DNA from: the human T2T-CHM13v2.0 reference genome, Homo sapiens
Direction: 5' to 3' (one strand)
DNA length: 64,000 nt
Assembly (NCBI RefSeq): GCF_009914755.1
Contig: NC_060947.1
The position numbers and the translations under genes are program-made. Below, piece after piece: positions 28,515 to 43,436 of the stretch (its first letter is position 1; each line of letters opens with the position of its first letter). Below the pieces are notes generated by a model that ran no database searches, was not told the DNA's origin, and saw only the letters and a program-made list of their open reading frames with translations.

Positions 28515-28913
28515 ATGTGTCCCTATCCAAATCTCCTGTCGAACTGTAATTCCCAGTGATGGAGGTGGGGCCTGGTGGGAGGAGACTGGATGATGGGGGC
28601 GGAGTTCTCATGAATGGTTTAGCATCGGCCCCCTTGGTACTGTATAGTGAGTGAGTTCTCATGAGATCTGGTTGTTTAAAAGTGTGCAGCACCTTGCCCC
28701 TCTCTCTCTCTTCCTCCTGCTCCGGCCATGTAAGAAAGCTCACTCCCCCTTTACCTTCCGCCAAGATTGTAAGTTCCCTGAGGACTCTCCAGAAGCAAAA
28801 ACCCCTATGCTTCCTGTACATCCTGCAGAACCATGAACCAATTAAACCTCTTTCCTTTATAAATTACCCAGCCTCAGGTATTTTCTTAAAGCAATGCAAG
28901 AACGGACTAATAC
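28515..28913 (+). mobile_element. MSTA-like MaLR LTR
   Basis: Clearly homologous to 20068-20473 (cccttggtactgtatagtgagtgagttctca; aagaacggactaataca). Confidence 0.9.
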
Positions 28914-29724
28914 AACATTCAACGTTCGAGTGTAATGCTGGGTATGAGAGTTGATTCTAGGTAACTAGCACTGAATGCATCTGTTCATTGTTTATAAACA
29001 TAGAAAGTAGTGGCAGAACTGTACTAAAAAAAAATGTCTCAGAGTTGCTATAAACTCCAGTTAAGCCACTCTCCACAGGACTTTGGAACACCTAAAGTAC
29101 TGACAGCTTTTTTTTTTTTATGTTAACTTTCATTTCTTGATGTTATTTTCAAAGCATTACCCTTTAATGTCTTCCCTGGAGCAGAGTTATATCCACAGAC
29201 ACAAGGTTATCAGTTCATTTCCACTGCCCTGCCCTGCTTTTTTCTTTAAGTAAAGCGAAGATAAAGCATTCTTTGGGGAAAACCAATATTGCATTCGGAG
29301 GCACCAATAGTTTGCTTCTCTCTCTCTCTAAGTGACAGCAACTCTTAAGTCTCTGTGCTTAGGATGGAACTTAATTTTCAGTCTCCCTGGTATATCAGCT
29401 GCTATCAGAAATATGAGGGTAGGCCTGTGGGGAATAAGGATAGTTAAGGGCATCTGAAACTCTCTACCTCTTTTGACAAGTGTGTATGGATGTAAATAAA
29501 TTTGAGCGGTGGTACAAAGAACCCTCAAGTGTTTCATGACTGCTTTAGTAATCTATTACACTATAATTACAGCTATGCACACAGACGCTCATACCACGGA
29601 ACTAACATGAATACGTAGATTTAAAAGTGATAGACTAAAAGGAGTGAAACTATCTCTAAACACAGATTTAACTACTATGATTTTATGGTAATATTATTAA
29701 TTTAATAAATAATTTTTGACTGTG

Positions 29725-30093
29725 TGTCTTAGTAGTCCTGTTTCCCGCTGCTTATAAGAGAACATCTGAAACTGAGTAACTTTATGAACAAAAGGAATTT
29801 ATTTCTTAAAGTTCTGGGGGCTGAGAAGTCCAAGGTTAAGGGGCTGCATCTGATGAGAAGCTTCTTGCTAATAGGGACTCTCTGCTGATTCCTGAGGTGG
29901 CCCATGTTATCACATAGCCAAAGGGCTCAGTGCTACCTCAGGTCTCTCTCCTTCTTCTTAACCAATTAATCCTTTTACACATTAATCCATTAATCCTTGA
30001 TCCAATCACCTCTTAAAGGCCCACCTCTTAATACTGCCACACTGAGAATTAAGTTTCAACATAAGTTTCGGAGGGGATATTCAAACCATAGCA
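29725..30093 (-). mobile_element. MSTC-like MaLR LTR
   Basis: tgtcttagt...gctgagaagtccaagg...ttcaaaccatagca. Confidence 0.82.
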
Positions 30094-30799
30094 GTGGGGC
30101 ACTGCATTAGACGGAGTGGTGATTACAATAACGTAAGATATTTCCTGTATTCAGGGGAATTTTTAGTCTGGTAGGGAAGTAAGGCATTGAAATTAACAAG
30201 AGAGGAAAGAGGGTTATCATGGGGGTACTCTTTTGGATACATGATTATAGAGGGGGAGCAGGTCATGGAAGGCTCCCTTGAGAAATGACTTTCAGGTGAA
30301 TGTGGAATCATTAGGACCTCCACTGCAGGGAGAAAAGTCAGGCAAGGGAGGAAGGTAGCAATAACAGTGACACGGAGGTCTGTGGCTAAACACTGCTGGT
30401 ACCAGAAGGTTGTGTGTCCTTCAACATGCCTGAGACACAGGATATGTAGACAGATGTCATGAAATGGGATAGAAAAGGGAACTTAGGGCCAAATCACCTA
30501 AGACCATTTCACTGGCCATCAGTCTTTGGTCACACACGTGATAATATTCCAAACATACCTTCCATCGAGTATACAATGTACAATGGGATTCCCAAGGGAG
30601 ATGGAGCAAGGAGGAGGGAAAGAGACAAGGGAAGAAGGAAAATAAAGAGAAAAGCAGCCATCAGGGAGAAAAAGGGAAAACAAGAGTGTTGTCAAAGATG
30701 TTGAGGAAAGCATCCCAGGAAAGGTATCAAGAGGGAGAAAGATGTTGCAGAGGCCAACTAAGATGACCCCTGAGATGCATCAATCATACGATTATAGCA

Positions 30800-31232
30800 T
30801 CCTGAGGCTGAATAATGCACTGTCCCCAAAGCTATCCACATCTTAATCCCCAGAGTCTGTGAATATGTGACCTTTCACGGCAAAGGGACTTTGCAGATGT
30901 GATTAAGTTAAGGATTTTGAGATAAAGAGATGATCCTGGGTTAGCTGGGTGAGCCCAGTGGCATTACAAGGGCCCTTACAAGAGGGAGGCAGGAGGGTCA
31001 GAGTCAGAGAGGGAGATGTGACCTGCCACAACAGCTAAGGAACGCAGGTAGCCTCCATGGGGGAAAACGACAAGGAGAAAGATTCTCCCTTGGAGCCTTC
31101 CGAAGGAAGGAGCCCTGCTGACACTAAGATTGTAGCTCCACCAGGTCCATTTCAGAAAGTGGCCTCCAGAACCATGTTTACCAATGAGTGTTCTTCAAAC
31201 CATTAAGTTTGTGATTATGTGTTACAGCTGAG
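30800..31232 (+). mobile_element. MLT1C-like LTR
   Basis: ggcaaagggactttgcagatgtgattaagttaaggattttgagat...tgttacagc. Confidence 0.8.
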
Positions 31233-31564
31233 AACATGAACATGCTGAAGAAGGAGTGGAAAGTAAGGAAAAACAAATGTGACTGCTCCTTCTGGAATCC
31301 TAGTTAAGAAGTATACAGGAGGGATGAAACAGGGCTGCTAGAAAGTGTCCATTAGATGTGAACGACTGCATTTCCAAATAGAGAAGACATCAGAAAGAAA
31401 TCAATTGAAACGATTCTCTATAACCATCTAGTGGAAAACATTTGTAGAAAAAAAGCATATACTATTAGAGCTGGAGTCTGCTTTCTAAGCCCGGAAAACC
31501 CAAATCATTTTGAAATTTCTTTCCAAAGCAGTTTAACCTTTTAAACACCAAAAAAATAAATACT

Positions 31565-31898
<334 letters not shown>

Positions 31899-34454
31899 TC
31901 AATGAACTGATCTTCAACTACACAAAAACAAGATGGCACTGCTGTTGAAAATGACGTCAAAGGTCCACTCACTTTGAAGGATAATTAGATTAAATAGAAT
32001 GTTTCCTAAAATCGGTAATTTTTTGGTTGGATAGTCAAGGAATCCCAACTCATGTGGTACTATTTTATCCCTTTTAATTACTTTCTCAGATGGTTGATGC
32101 CACATCATTTCAGAGTGTTGTTCTAAGACTTAACCATAGAAATGGTGATGATTTTAAAAACACCTGAAAACACTGAGTGTTAGCAAAATGTGTCCAGTAT
32201 TCTAGTTACACTTTAAGTAAAATGTTTAAACTATAACCTAATATTTCAAATATAAAATAATAAATGACAATTATTCACTCTCAGTTAATTAACTGATTTT
32301 TAAGCAAGTATCTGGCTTAAACATTGAAAAATACAACCTATGATATCTTATCAAAAGAATTAGTTGAGATTTTTAACTAATTATTATAAAAGGCTAAATG
32401 GAAATAGTAGCAACAAAAGCTATCAAAAAACCACCTTTTATGAACTTTAAAATCTGTAGCTGGCAAATTTTCCATTTTAAAGTTTACCTTGATTATCAAT
32501 CTTCAACTTTTGAAAGGTAAGAAATTAGTGAAGACACATATCACTGGACACAGTGTGCTGTTCTTTTCATTTACCTGATGCCATTTGCTTATTACTTTGC
32601 CAGATTTTATTTGTTAACTTCTTCTCAGAACAGCATAATTTGAACAATCCAATCAATTACCATTAAAAGGACAAGTGAAAGACTAAACATTCCCCAAGGA
32701 AGGTTTAAATTTTCCAAGTAATTGAGAAGAAAATATAGCAGCTAAAACAGTAGTCCTTTTAGAAGACTTAATTACAGATAAGTCAATGCTAAATAATTTA
32801 TATTTTTCTGTACATATATATGAGATCAGAACAAATGCTGGGGGGGGTGGGGAATCTCTTAGACTCAACACTCAATTGCTTCCAAGTTGCTATCTTCTAT
32901 TAAAAAAAAAATTCATAAGACATTGCACTGATTTTCTTCTCCACCCAGGTTTGCAAAACTCAAGAAGGAAAATTATACCTACTCATCCCCTGGTGAAAAC
33001 AGAATGCTTCGTTTACCAAAACATGACTAACATAGCCCAGAGCCCAAGATAACTTCATCTTCCCATCCAATGTTAAAGCACCACAGAAGGTTTTCTGCAG
33101 AATGTGAAGGAACTCCACTCAGGAAGTTGGTGGGCTTTGGACCAATACACGGGAGAGCGTAGGCAAAGAATGGCGCCTTCTGAGAGTTGGATAAAACCAG
33201 CATTGCCCAGGGGCACTGCCTGCCCTTCTTAGCTGAGGGGATGGGCAATAGGTTAGGGAACCCATTTGGACTGCTCAGCCAGGACTTAGACCTTACGGCT
33301 ACTGGTTTCCAGCCAGGGCTTGTTTCACTTCCTCTGAAACTGCTGAGTTGAGAACACTGGCCTGCATCCAACACATATAAAGCATCTTCTACGTGGCCTG
33401 CACTGTGATACATACTTGGCAGCATGACATTTTCTTATTTATATTTTAAACTGTGTACAAAGAGGAATAGCACAAAGGTTCATGGACAGGAAAGAGTGAC
33501 CGCTGTTCCAGGCCTTTGCACTGACCACAATTCACATGGATCATGTTACCTTCTACCTTTAGTCCTAACTGCTATTTCCCCATCACCCCATGTCACACTT
33601 AAATTGACCAAGACTTAGAAACACAATTGAAATTCATGTTTTCAGCAGGCACTGTGGAAAGGGAAGTATAAAAGATTAAGAGAATGTTTTTCAGCAAAAG
33701 ATCCTTAATCATCTGTGTCTAAAATATATTTAGTTAATATTTACTACAGGTCCACAGCATGCCAGGTGTGGCAGAGAACAACATGCCAGCGAAAGACAAA
33801 ACAATTCCATTCCCCATTAATATTAATTATCCACTCCAAGGAAGCGTACTGAGTCAGAATTACTTCTCTCTCAAAAATTCCCACAAAAAATAGAATCCAG
33901 GAACCCCCTGGTTTTAACTGTACAAAATGCACTTCATTAAAAAGTTCAGTGAAGCGGAATAAAAATCACAATAATTGTTTGCATTTAAGCGTTCCTTTCT
34001 TCTAGATCATAAAACAAATGGATTGGAGTGTGAAAAAAACAGTCAAGATGTTTCTCCAAGATCAATCTGTGCAATAATGAACCTTAGCCCTAAGAGAGAT
34101 CAACCAGCAACTGGAATCCATCACTTGAGCAGCTAGAGACCACCAATGAAAACCCACACGAACCAGCTGCAGCTTCTTGTGTTGTTGAACGCCACTGAAT
34201 CTTTCCCTGGTGCACATAAATTTTACAGGTAAAATTCAAGGGTGTTCCCAGGCCCCACTCATCCATACACCCCAGATGCCAGGCTTTAAACTTGCTCTGT
34301 GTTTAAGAGTTGTAGTGCATGCATTCATAGAATTCCTAATACAAAAGCATATGCTCTGTTGTTAATGCTAATGTATTACATATTTCTAATTTAAAATGTA
34401 TGCACGGATGCATTAACTCATAGGCCCAAGATGATCACCATGAATTGCCAAAGT

Positions 34455-34662
34455 ATGCATTGCCAATGTTTTCTGGTAAAGGATCACATGATAAATATTT
34501 TAGGCTTTGTAGGCCATGCAGTGTCTGGGGCAACCATTCCACTCTGGCACTGTAGTATAAAAGAACCATATATGAAAATGTAAATTTAAGTGTGTGGTTG
34601 GGTTGCAAAACATTTTATTTACAAAAATTGGCCACCACCCATAGGCCATAGTTGACTCACCA
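34455..34662 (+). mobile_element. MER58A hAT MITE
   Basis: taaatattttaggctttgtaggccat...ttttatttacaaaaa...ggccatagtt. Confidence 0.8.
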
Positions 34663-35249
34663 TAAGGTAGGGCATGTGTGCGGCACCATCATTTGCTCAA
34701 ACTTGAGCTCATTTTTATCCTCCAGAGATCAAACATTAGCTTATGTATAATAACTTACAAACAGTGTAAAATGATTCATTTAACTATATATGCTTGCCCT
34801 TTTTTCCCATTCTGAAATATAGCCTCTTGACAGAAAAGCAGCATAAACTAGGGAGGAAAAACAGGCAAAAAAGTATCTGCACAAAGGAAACCTTATGAGT
34901 TTGAGAAAGAGATGAAAGGAAAAGGATAAAGGAAGTCTAAAGACAAACACATACATTAGAAACCACCATAGAATGAAAACGTTCCTTAAAAATCATGTTA
35001 AAAGTCTTTGTTTTTCTCTTGACATTTAAGCACTGAAAGAACACAGATACAAGACATAAGCCTTACTCACCATTTGTGTCATTGTGGATTCAGAATTGAT
35101 GGTTTTTAATAAAAGCAGTGAACATATTAATAATTACTGTAAATTTACCATCTAATTAAATCTTAGAAAAATCATAATTAAGCTACCTGTATATCACCTT
35201 CATCAGTATTTTGTCTCTATAAAAATACATGACAATCTGTTTTCTCTAG

Positions 35250-35534
<285 letters not shown>

Positions 35535-35574
35535 AACTCCACCTTCTTTAGTCAGAGTGGCTTAAAAATTTCCT

Positions 35575-35706
35575 AGACCGTCCTGGCTAACACGGTGAAA
35601 CCCCGTCCCTACTAAAAATACAAAAAAAAAAAAAAAAAGCGAGCGCCCGTAGCCCCAGCTACCCCGGAGGCTGAGGCCAGGGAATGGCGTGAACCCGGGA
35701 GGCGGA
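35575..35706 (+). mobile_element. Internal AluY fragment with CpGs retained
   Basis: agaccgtcctggctaacacggtgaaaccccg...gaatggcgtgaacccgggaggcgga. Confidence 0.9.
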
Positions 35707-35880
35707 CGCATGCGCACGTACACGCACAGGCACACGCCAGAAGGCACGCACACGCCAGGAGGCACGCACACATTTCCGCACCCGATGCCCTACGCATCAC
35801 CGACGTAATGTCCCGCGTGGAGCCCCACAGGGAGGAAGTGCCATTAGAAGAAGGTGGGGCGAAGGTCCCAGGCGAAGTCT
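35575..35880. promoter_or_regulatory. Candidate CpG-island-like promoter
   Basis: Only dense non-Alu CpG cluster in the window (35707-35875); NRF1-like CGCATGCGCA at 35707-35716; ETS cores atttccg (35772) and ggaagtg (35834). Confidence 0.6.
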
Positions 35881-36042
35881 CCACTGAAGGAGCTTCTGAG
35901 AAATGCTGAGATAAAACAGTCCTCGCCAAGGCCTTCTTTTCCTTCTTTCTTGTACTAAGCATTAATCTTCCTATCCCCAGAGGCCAGTATGTCAGTGCCC
36001 ATGGGAATCCTATCGCTCCAACATGTCCCTCTTTTTCTCTAG

Positions 36043-36160
36043 CAGATGTCATGGACCCACCTTGTAGGATTTTGGAGGGGAATGGTCCCTGGTGAGAGAG
36101 GAATCAGGAAATTAGTTTTGCAGAATGGGAAAACTGAAACTGTTGCCTCAGCATGAAAAG
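36043..36160 (+). other. Candidate internal exon of a non-coding transcript
   Basis: Acceptor ccctctttttctctag|cag and donor AAG|gtaatt, 118 nt apart, just downstream of the candidate promoter. Confidence 0.35.
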
Positions 36161-39100
36161 GTAATTGACATAAAATAATCTTTGACTCGACACAAAACAA
36201 AGAAACACAGATGAGCTTTAAAAAATTAAGTTACATTTTAAAAAAATTAAGTCGGGGAAATTTTTGAATAAACAACAAAATATATTTATTTTCGTTTGAT
36301 CAATAACCTACAACGCCCTTCCCACTTCTTAATTTAGCAAATACTTATTAGTTTACTGCTATGGGACAGGCACTCTTGTGGCTGACAGAGAAAGAAAAGT
36401 TAACAAGAACCAGCACCCGTCCCTGGTGTTTCCATGTATCCACCATAGTTTACATAAAAGGATTAGATATTGAAGTTTTGATAATTGTACACTTTTTAAA
36501 ATGTCCATCAAGTACTAATTTTAAAATCTAAATATTAAACTAAACTTTATTTTCCCCATGTCTGCACAACTCTGTTCATCTCTTTTAATTTCCGAGAAGA
36601 CGAAATACTCTGATTAGCTCCTAAATACTCCCAAGCTAGATAGAGGAGAAATCTTTTTTAGCAATTACTCTTCAATTGATGAGCTTTCATCCCACTTTCT
36701 AAGTGGAAGGAGCATATCATAGAGATTGCGCGTGTATTTCAATCACAATTTACCCCATTGTCTGCCTTTGAAATGTCCTTCAAGAATCGCAGGTGTCTTT
36801 GTAATAACATTCAAATACTGTCCTTTTTTTTTTTTAGTCGTTGATTCCCTAACATCTGAAGGTTATACTGTAGTTGCTGCACCACATTGATTTGCATAAC
36901 TACTCTATGTCCTTTGAAACCACAAAATGTTTAATAAAAGATTCATTTGGGTAATATGTGTTCAGAACTTAGTATCAACAATCTCAATGTTCAAACTTAC
37001 AGGCCCCTAGAATTATCCTGATCATCCCTTGACTTAAAAATTATGTTTTCAGGAATGCCATGAAAGGAATTTTTCTTGATCATCAGTTTTGAATTGGACT
37101 AAGTCATCCTAGCAATAAAATAAATTCTAACATAAGATCACTAAGACTATCCAGATTATCATGAAAATCCATTGCAAAGAATTTTCCCTAATAGGGGTTA
37201 CAAAACCAGAAAGTGTTCAGTCAACTGTATGTAGAAAAATTGAATGAACTGACATAAATTGAAATTTTCGAGTATTAAATAGGCTTCACAAATTATTTGT
37301 ACTTCTCAGCTAGCTGTGGTTCTTAATTTACATTCACACATTCTTCATAGTGAAAAGGAATGAATGCCTGTCTCTGCAGTCTTTAAACATACCAAAAACC
37401 TAGTAATTGCAAACAACTAATTAGCAGCAGAGCTGGATTACAGCATAGATGTCCTCATTATCAGGCCTATGTGTGTCTCCACGAAATCCTCCACCCCTCC
37501 TCAAGGACAACTGATGTCACTGAAGAGTCATGATGCCTTCAGTTCTTACTGAGGATTTTGAGAATACTGGGAAAGGAAAAACCCTTTGTCACTTGTTTTT
37601 CATCCAGCCAACTGATTCTTGGTGTACAATGTAGGAAATTCCAACCTAGGATCACCATTCAGCAAAGACCACTCCAAATTATCAGGAAAACACACTCCAA
37701 AGCATTCCCCCCTTAAGAGAAAATGCAGCTACCAATTAAGCAAAAGCAGTAGCTGACTCTTGCAGAGACATACTGATAATGCCCAGTGGTTTCAAATGTA
37801 GTTTGAACCTAAGTGCATATGGTAAAACAATTTTAAAAAAGTCCTAGGTTCAGAAGTTCTCATTTCCTTCTCATGATTGTGCACTTTATATAATGTTCCC
37901 TTTGGGTTTCATAAAGTGAGTCTATCATATTATAAGCTGTGACTCGTCTATAGCTCTGAGCCTGATGCCAGACCTGTTACTACTGCTTCTCCTTGGAACT
38001 AGGACAGTCTGATTATATTCACCTGAATGTGCTTTGCACTGCAGCTACTGAAATAATTACAACCAATGCTGCATTGGGTTCCTGTTCCAAAGGCTGTAAG
38101 TGTGAGAGAGAAGACAAACATTTCTTAGACTTCAGGCCTTGATTATTTATTAAGACTCATCCAGGTTGAAAAAAAAGAAAATGGAAAAAAAGAAAGTCGT
38201 GTAATTCAGGAGCCAAAGGGATTTACATAATGTATCATTATTGATTATTTAGCTGTATATGCTGATGAAAAATGATGTGTACCTTTATTCGTTTTACCTT
38301 TGATAAGACAAATAAATCTATACTAGATAAAAATAGCAAACAGCTGATCAATCATTTTTCCAAGTATGATTTTCTTCCAATTTGTATGTTAATGATCAAA
38401 TGGGGGAGGTGGGACAGCATTAATCTTTCTTTATAAATTACAAATTATCTTTGAAAAACAAAACCTAGTATTTGTTTATGGCAGGAAATATGGAGAGATG
38501 TTTAAAAATCAACTTTGTTGGAAACAAGAGTTCCATAAAGGACATGACCTTGACAATCTTCTAGAATCAAGGAAAAATACTGAAGTTTTATTCTGTAAAG
38601 AGAAAGCCATGGATAGGAAAATTATCTGGCAATCATTAAAGAGATACTCAAAAGGCCTTTGTGGTCTAAATTTTGACAAAAGTTTGGAAGCTACAACATT
38701 CAAATTGATAAGAAAATTTGTCAATAACCAATATTTAAGCAATCAAATTGTAAAGACTTCAGATTTGCAGCTGAACCATGAAAAGACAGAGCCATTTACT
38801 TGAGATGTATGAAAGCATCAGATGAACCTTTCTAAAATTTGAGTTTGTGGGGAAGGGTCCAGATTTTCAATTGTGAAATATCTCCACTAACATGGGCTCA
38901 CAGCTGTATATCACAAAAGTATTCTACCCATATCTTTTCCTTGGGCTCTGCTCTCTTTCTAATGTCCAGACAGTGAGAAGGATCTCATGGTCTGAGTGTC
39001 CCCTCTGCCTGTACTAGTAGTACCTGTCTGACATTTTGAACCCCACTCTGCAGGGGCTACAAATACAAAGGGTAAAATGAGATGCTGGGGTCATTCAAAT

Positions 39101-39703
39101 GGCCCAAGATGGACTTTTTGAGTCCTAGATCATTGCAAATCTTTACTCTAGAAGAAAATGGACTTCCGGTGAGCAGTGCAGCCAAGGGTGAATTTCTGAG
39201 AGGTTTACATACAGTGAGTCAGACAGGTGACCTTCATCTGTGTTTGTCTACTTTATGAGATGTACCCCGAAGTGTGGCCATGAGGAGGAGCAGACAATTA
39301 TTTCAAAATCCTAAATTTCCAGGCATGTCACTTTGGACACTCCAAATGAGCTTGAAACCACTGCTTTCTACTTTTATTTGTTTCAAATTGTTTTTTTTTT
39401 TTTAAGTAAACAATTTTCACCACCAAAGTAATCCGAAAGCACTGCTAGACTTGGTTTAACCAGGCTCAAAAATGCATCAATGAAATAAGTCAGTAGAGGT
39501 TAATGATTACCAATAATTATTTTTTCAAAATTATCCATCAACTCATGCAACACAGGATGGGGTAGAACTTCAGTAAGGAGGGAAAGGAAATGTTGCACAC
39601 AGGCAGACAGAATAGCCTAAATCAAAGGCTAGAGATAGGAAGGCACCAGGCTTGGGATTGCCTGGGTGGAACAAGGGACTGGAAAAGAAGTTCAGATGCT
39701 CTA

Positions 39704-40170
<467 letters not shown>

Positions 40171-40433
40171 GTGTGTATGTACTTCAGAAAAGTCGATTAA
40201 CCAGTAAGACTGACCAATATGGCATTTTTCAGCATTCTAAAGTTTCCTCTGAATTTTCTGTTGAAATATTTTAATTCTGGATCAGGCACTTTCAGCAATA
40301 TTGATGAGTTCCCATTCATGCTCATCCAATGGGACTCTCACCCAATGCACCCCCTACCCCTTACCTAGAAAGTTTGGGCATTCCTTAGACATCACCAGGC
40401 ACTGAGCGTTGCATAGACATTGTTTTCACCTAA

Positions 40434-40727
40434 TTTTTTTTTTCTTTGAGACAGGGTCTTGCTCGTTGGCCAGGCTGGAGTGCAGTGGAGCAATCACAGC
40501 TACACAGCCTCAAACTCCTGAGCTCAAGCGATCCTCCCACCTCAGCCTCCCAAGTAGCTGGGACTACAGGTGTGCATCACCATGTCTGGCTAATTTTTAA
40601 ATTTTTTGTAGAGATGAAGTCTCACTGTGTGGCCCAGGCTGGTCTCGAACTCCTGAACCCAAGTGATTCTCCCTCCTCAGCCTCCCAACGTGTTGGGATT
40701 ACAGGCATGACCCACTGCACCTGGCCT
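40434..40727 (-). mobile_element. AluJ
   Basis: Full antisense dimer. Confidence 0.9.
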
Positions 40728-41438
40728 CAATTACTTCTTATAATATGACAGGTTAGGTATTTTATTACCCATGTTTGACAGCAAAGAAAGAGGAAGATAT
40801 TAAAAGGTAATGAATGAACCATCTACCTAAGGTCATGCTGTAGTGTGTGCTTCCATCCTGCAGCCTAAAGATCCTTCTTGGATGCCTCTTCCAACAGACA
40901 CCCTGGCGTCCTGATAGGCCCAGGGGTTACAAGGAGAGCATGCAAACAGAATGAAGGGGCCTGCGTAACAGCAGCACATGTTTCCCATAAGTGTGGCCAA
41001 TGATCTGGGGCTGACCCTCCCTTGTGGATCTGTTTCCCCTTAGAAAAATGAGGTGGTGAGAATGAACCTACTGCTCTCCCAGCCATGCATGACTCACCTG
41101 GGCTGTCCTCCAGGCAGACCCCAACTCCACCACCTTTCTTCCCAATCTTGCATCTAAGCTCTGATCAGATGGGAACAATCGGGCTCAAGGAAGGATGAGG
41201 TTCTTAGGGTTACAATGAATGACAGTGAGCCTCCCATACAACCCTCTGGTCTGAGCTCCAGGTTCAGGGTTTTGAACAACTGCCGGAGCCCACAGCCTGG
41301 CCACACAGTGGTTCCCGAGTCCAACGGTGCAGTCCAGAACACAGTCATTGACTGCTGTGCTGGACTCGCCAATAACTATTCCTGATACTTACCATTGCCT
41401 CGTCCTTCTGAGATGGTGCCTTTAAAAATGCCTCCCTG

Positions 41439-41769
<331 letters not shown>

Positions 41770-42326
41770 TTAGCACATTGTTCCCTATTTAAAAAAAAAA
41801 AGAAAAACATACCTCTCTCCATCAGTAAAAGAGATGATATTGTTTCAAAACCAATGTGACATTCCTTATAAGCTTTCTTATGGGTAGTTACAAGAACTAG
41901 CCGATCATGACATGAAGTAATTCTTAACTTGTTCCCTAATAAGTCAAGGAACTAGTCTAGTGGGAGCACCTACACACATGCATGGCTGCATGTGGAATCT
42001 CTATGCAACCATTTTAGCACACACATGCAGTTTGAGAATACAAAATCAATGAAGACTCCTTGAGGTTTCCAATGGGCAACTCATAATCTGGTTGGCATTG
42101 ATCTGGGTGGCATTAAAGTTTTGTTGGAGATCATCAACTCACTGTATTTCTCCATTAGATATAACTTGTTTAATAAAAGAAATCTGCAAAATGTGTGAAA
42201 AGAACCAATCAATCATTTAGAAATCACTTATTTGCAAGAACTAATCCTCAACCTGCAGAGATGTTTTGCTGTGGCAGAAGGTCAGAACAACACTGCCATT
42301 GACTCTACTGCAAGAAAACTTATCTC

Positions 42327-42486
42327 AAAATTAGCTGGATGTGGCGGCATGTGTCTATGGTCCCAGCGGACTCAGGAAGCTGAGGTGGGAGGATCACTTG
42401 AGCCTGGGAGGTTGAGGCTGCAGTGAGCTGTGATCGCACCACTACACTACAGCCTGGGCGACAGAGCAAGACCCTGTCTCCAAAAG
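42327..42486 (+). mobile_element. Alu right monomer (FRAM/AluJ arm)
   Basis: aaaattagctgg...gcaagaccctgtctc. Confidence 0.85.
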
Positions 42487-42495
42487 ATATATATA

Positions 42496-42574
42496 TTAGG
42501 TTGGTGCAAGCGTAATTGCAGTTTTTGCCTTACATTCACGGGTATAAACCGCAATTATGTTTGCGTCAACTGAA
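42496..42574. mobile_element. MADE1 mariner MITE
   Basis: ttaggttggtgcaa..gtaattgcagtttt...aaaccgcaatta..tttgcgtcaactgaa, ~80-bp palindrome inserted at a TA run. Confidence 0.9.
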
Positions 42575-43278
42575 CAGATATATCATCTCCATTGGATCAG
42601 TTATCATCTCAGGACCATTCGGAGTTTTTCTTGCCATCTCACCCGGAATGCTCTCTTTATAGGATGCGTCTCATGCGACACTCCTCCTTCTACTTTTAAG
42701 CAAGAACCATCGATAAGTAACACCTGCGAGATATCTAACAGAGTACCACGTGGCCTTTCACACTCAGGATTTTGCATCTATAGGAAAGATGGTAAGGGAA
42801 GAAGAGGATACATCACTCAATACCCTTCTGGGCTTACTTCCATGCTTGAAAAAATATTAATACAAAGTAGATAAGGCCTTTGGGTTTCATAGCTAATGAG
42901 CCAGCACATTATTAAATTACAGGAAGACAAGATCATATTTTAACTATGTTTTTGATTTCTCATAACACCTAGCACATTTTGTTATTAATAGGCATTATCA
43001 TAAATATTGTTGATGAAACTGTATTTGTAAAAATGAATTTATATTTAACAACAATCATAATAACATTCATCTTCACTGACCCTTCTACAGCCAAGGGCAG
43101 GAGTTATTATGACATCTTATTTTACATTGGGAAAAAAATGATATCCAGGTGTTAAGTAACGCAGCTCACTGAAGCAGGGAGTAAGACCTATCTTGACTCC
43201 AAAGACCATGCATTTTTTCAAGATATCAAGCTACCTCCTCATCCAAACAATTCTAATAATAGTAGTAATAATAGTTAT

Positions 43279-43436
43279 TTTTTTATTTTTTATTTTTATT
43301 TTACTTTAAGTTCCGGGATACATGTTCAGAATGTGCAGGTTTCTTACATAGGTAAACGTGTGCCATAGTGGTTTGCTGCACCTATCAACCCGTCACCTAG
43401 GTATTAAGCTCCACATGCATTAGCTGTTTGTCCGAA
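43279..43436 (-). mobile_element. Very short L1PA 3' end inside MIR-like sequence
   Basis: tactttaagttccgggatacatg...gcattagctgtttgtcc; taataa(t)agttat on both flanks. Confidence 0.88.

Noticed and set aside
35612-36052. 146-aa minus-strand ORF over the CpG island
   Set aside because: ACACAC-type low complexity plus Alu translation; an open frame is expected in GC-rich DNA.
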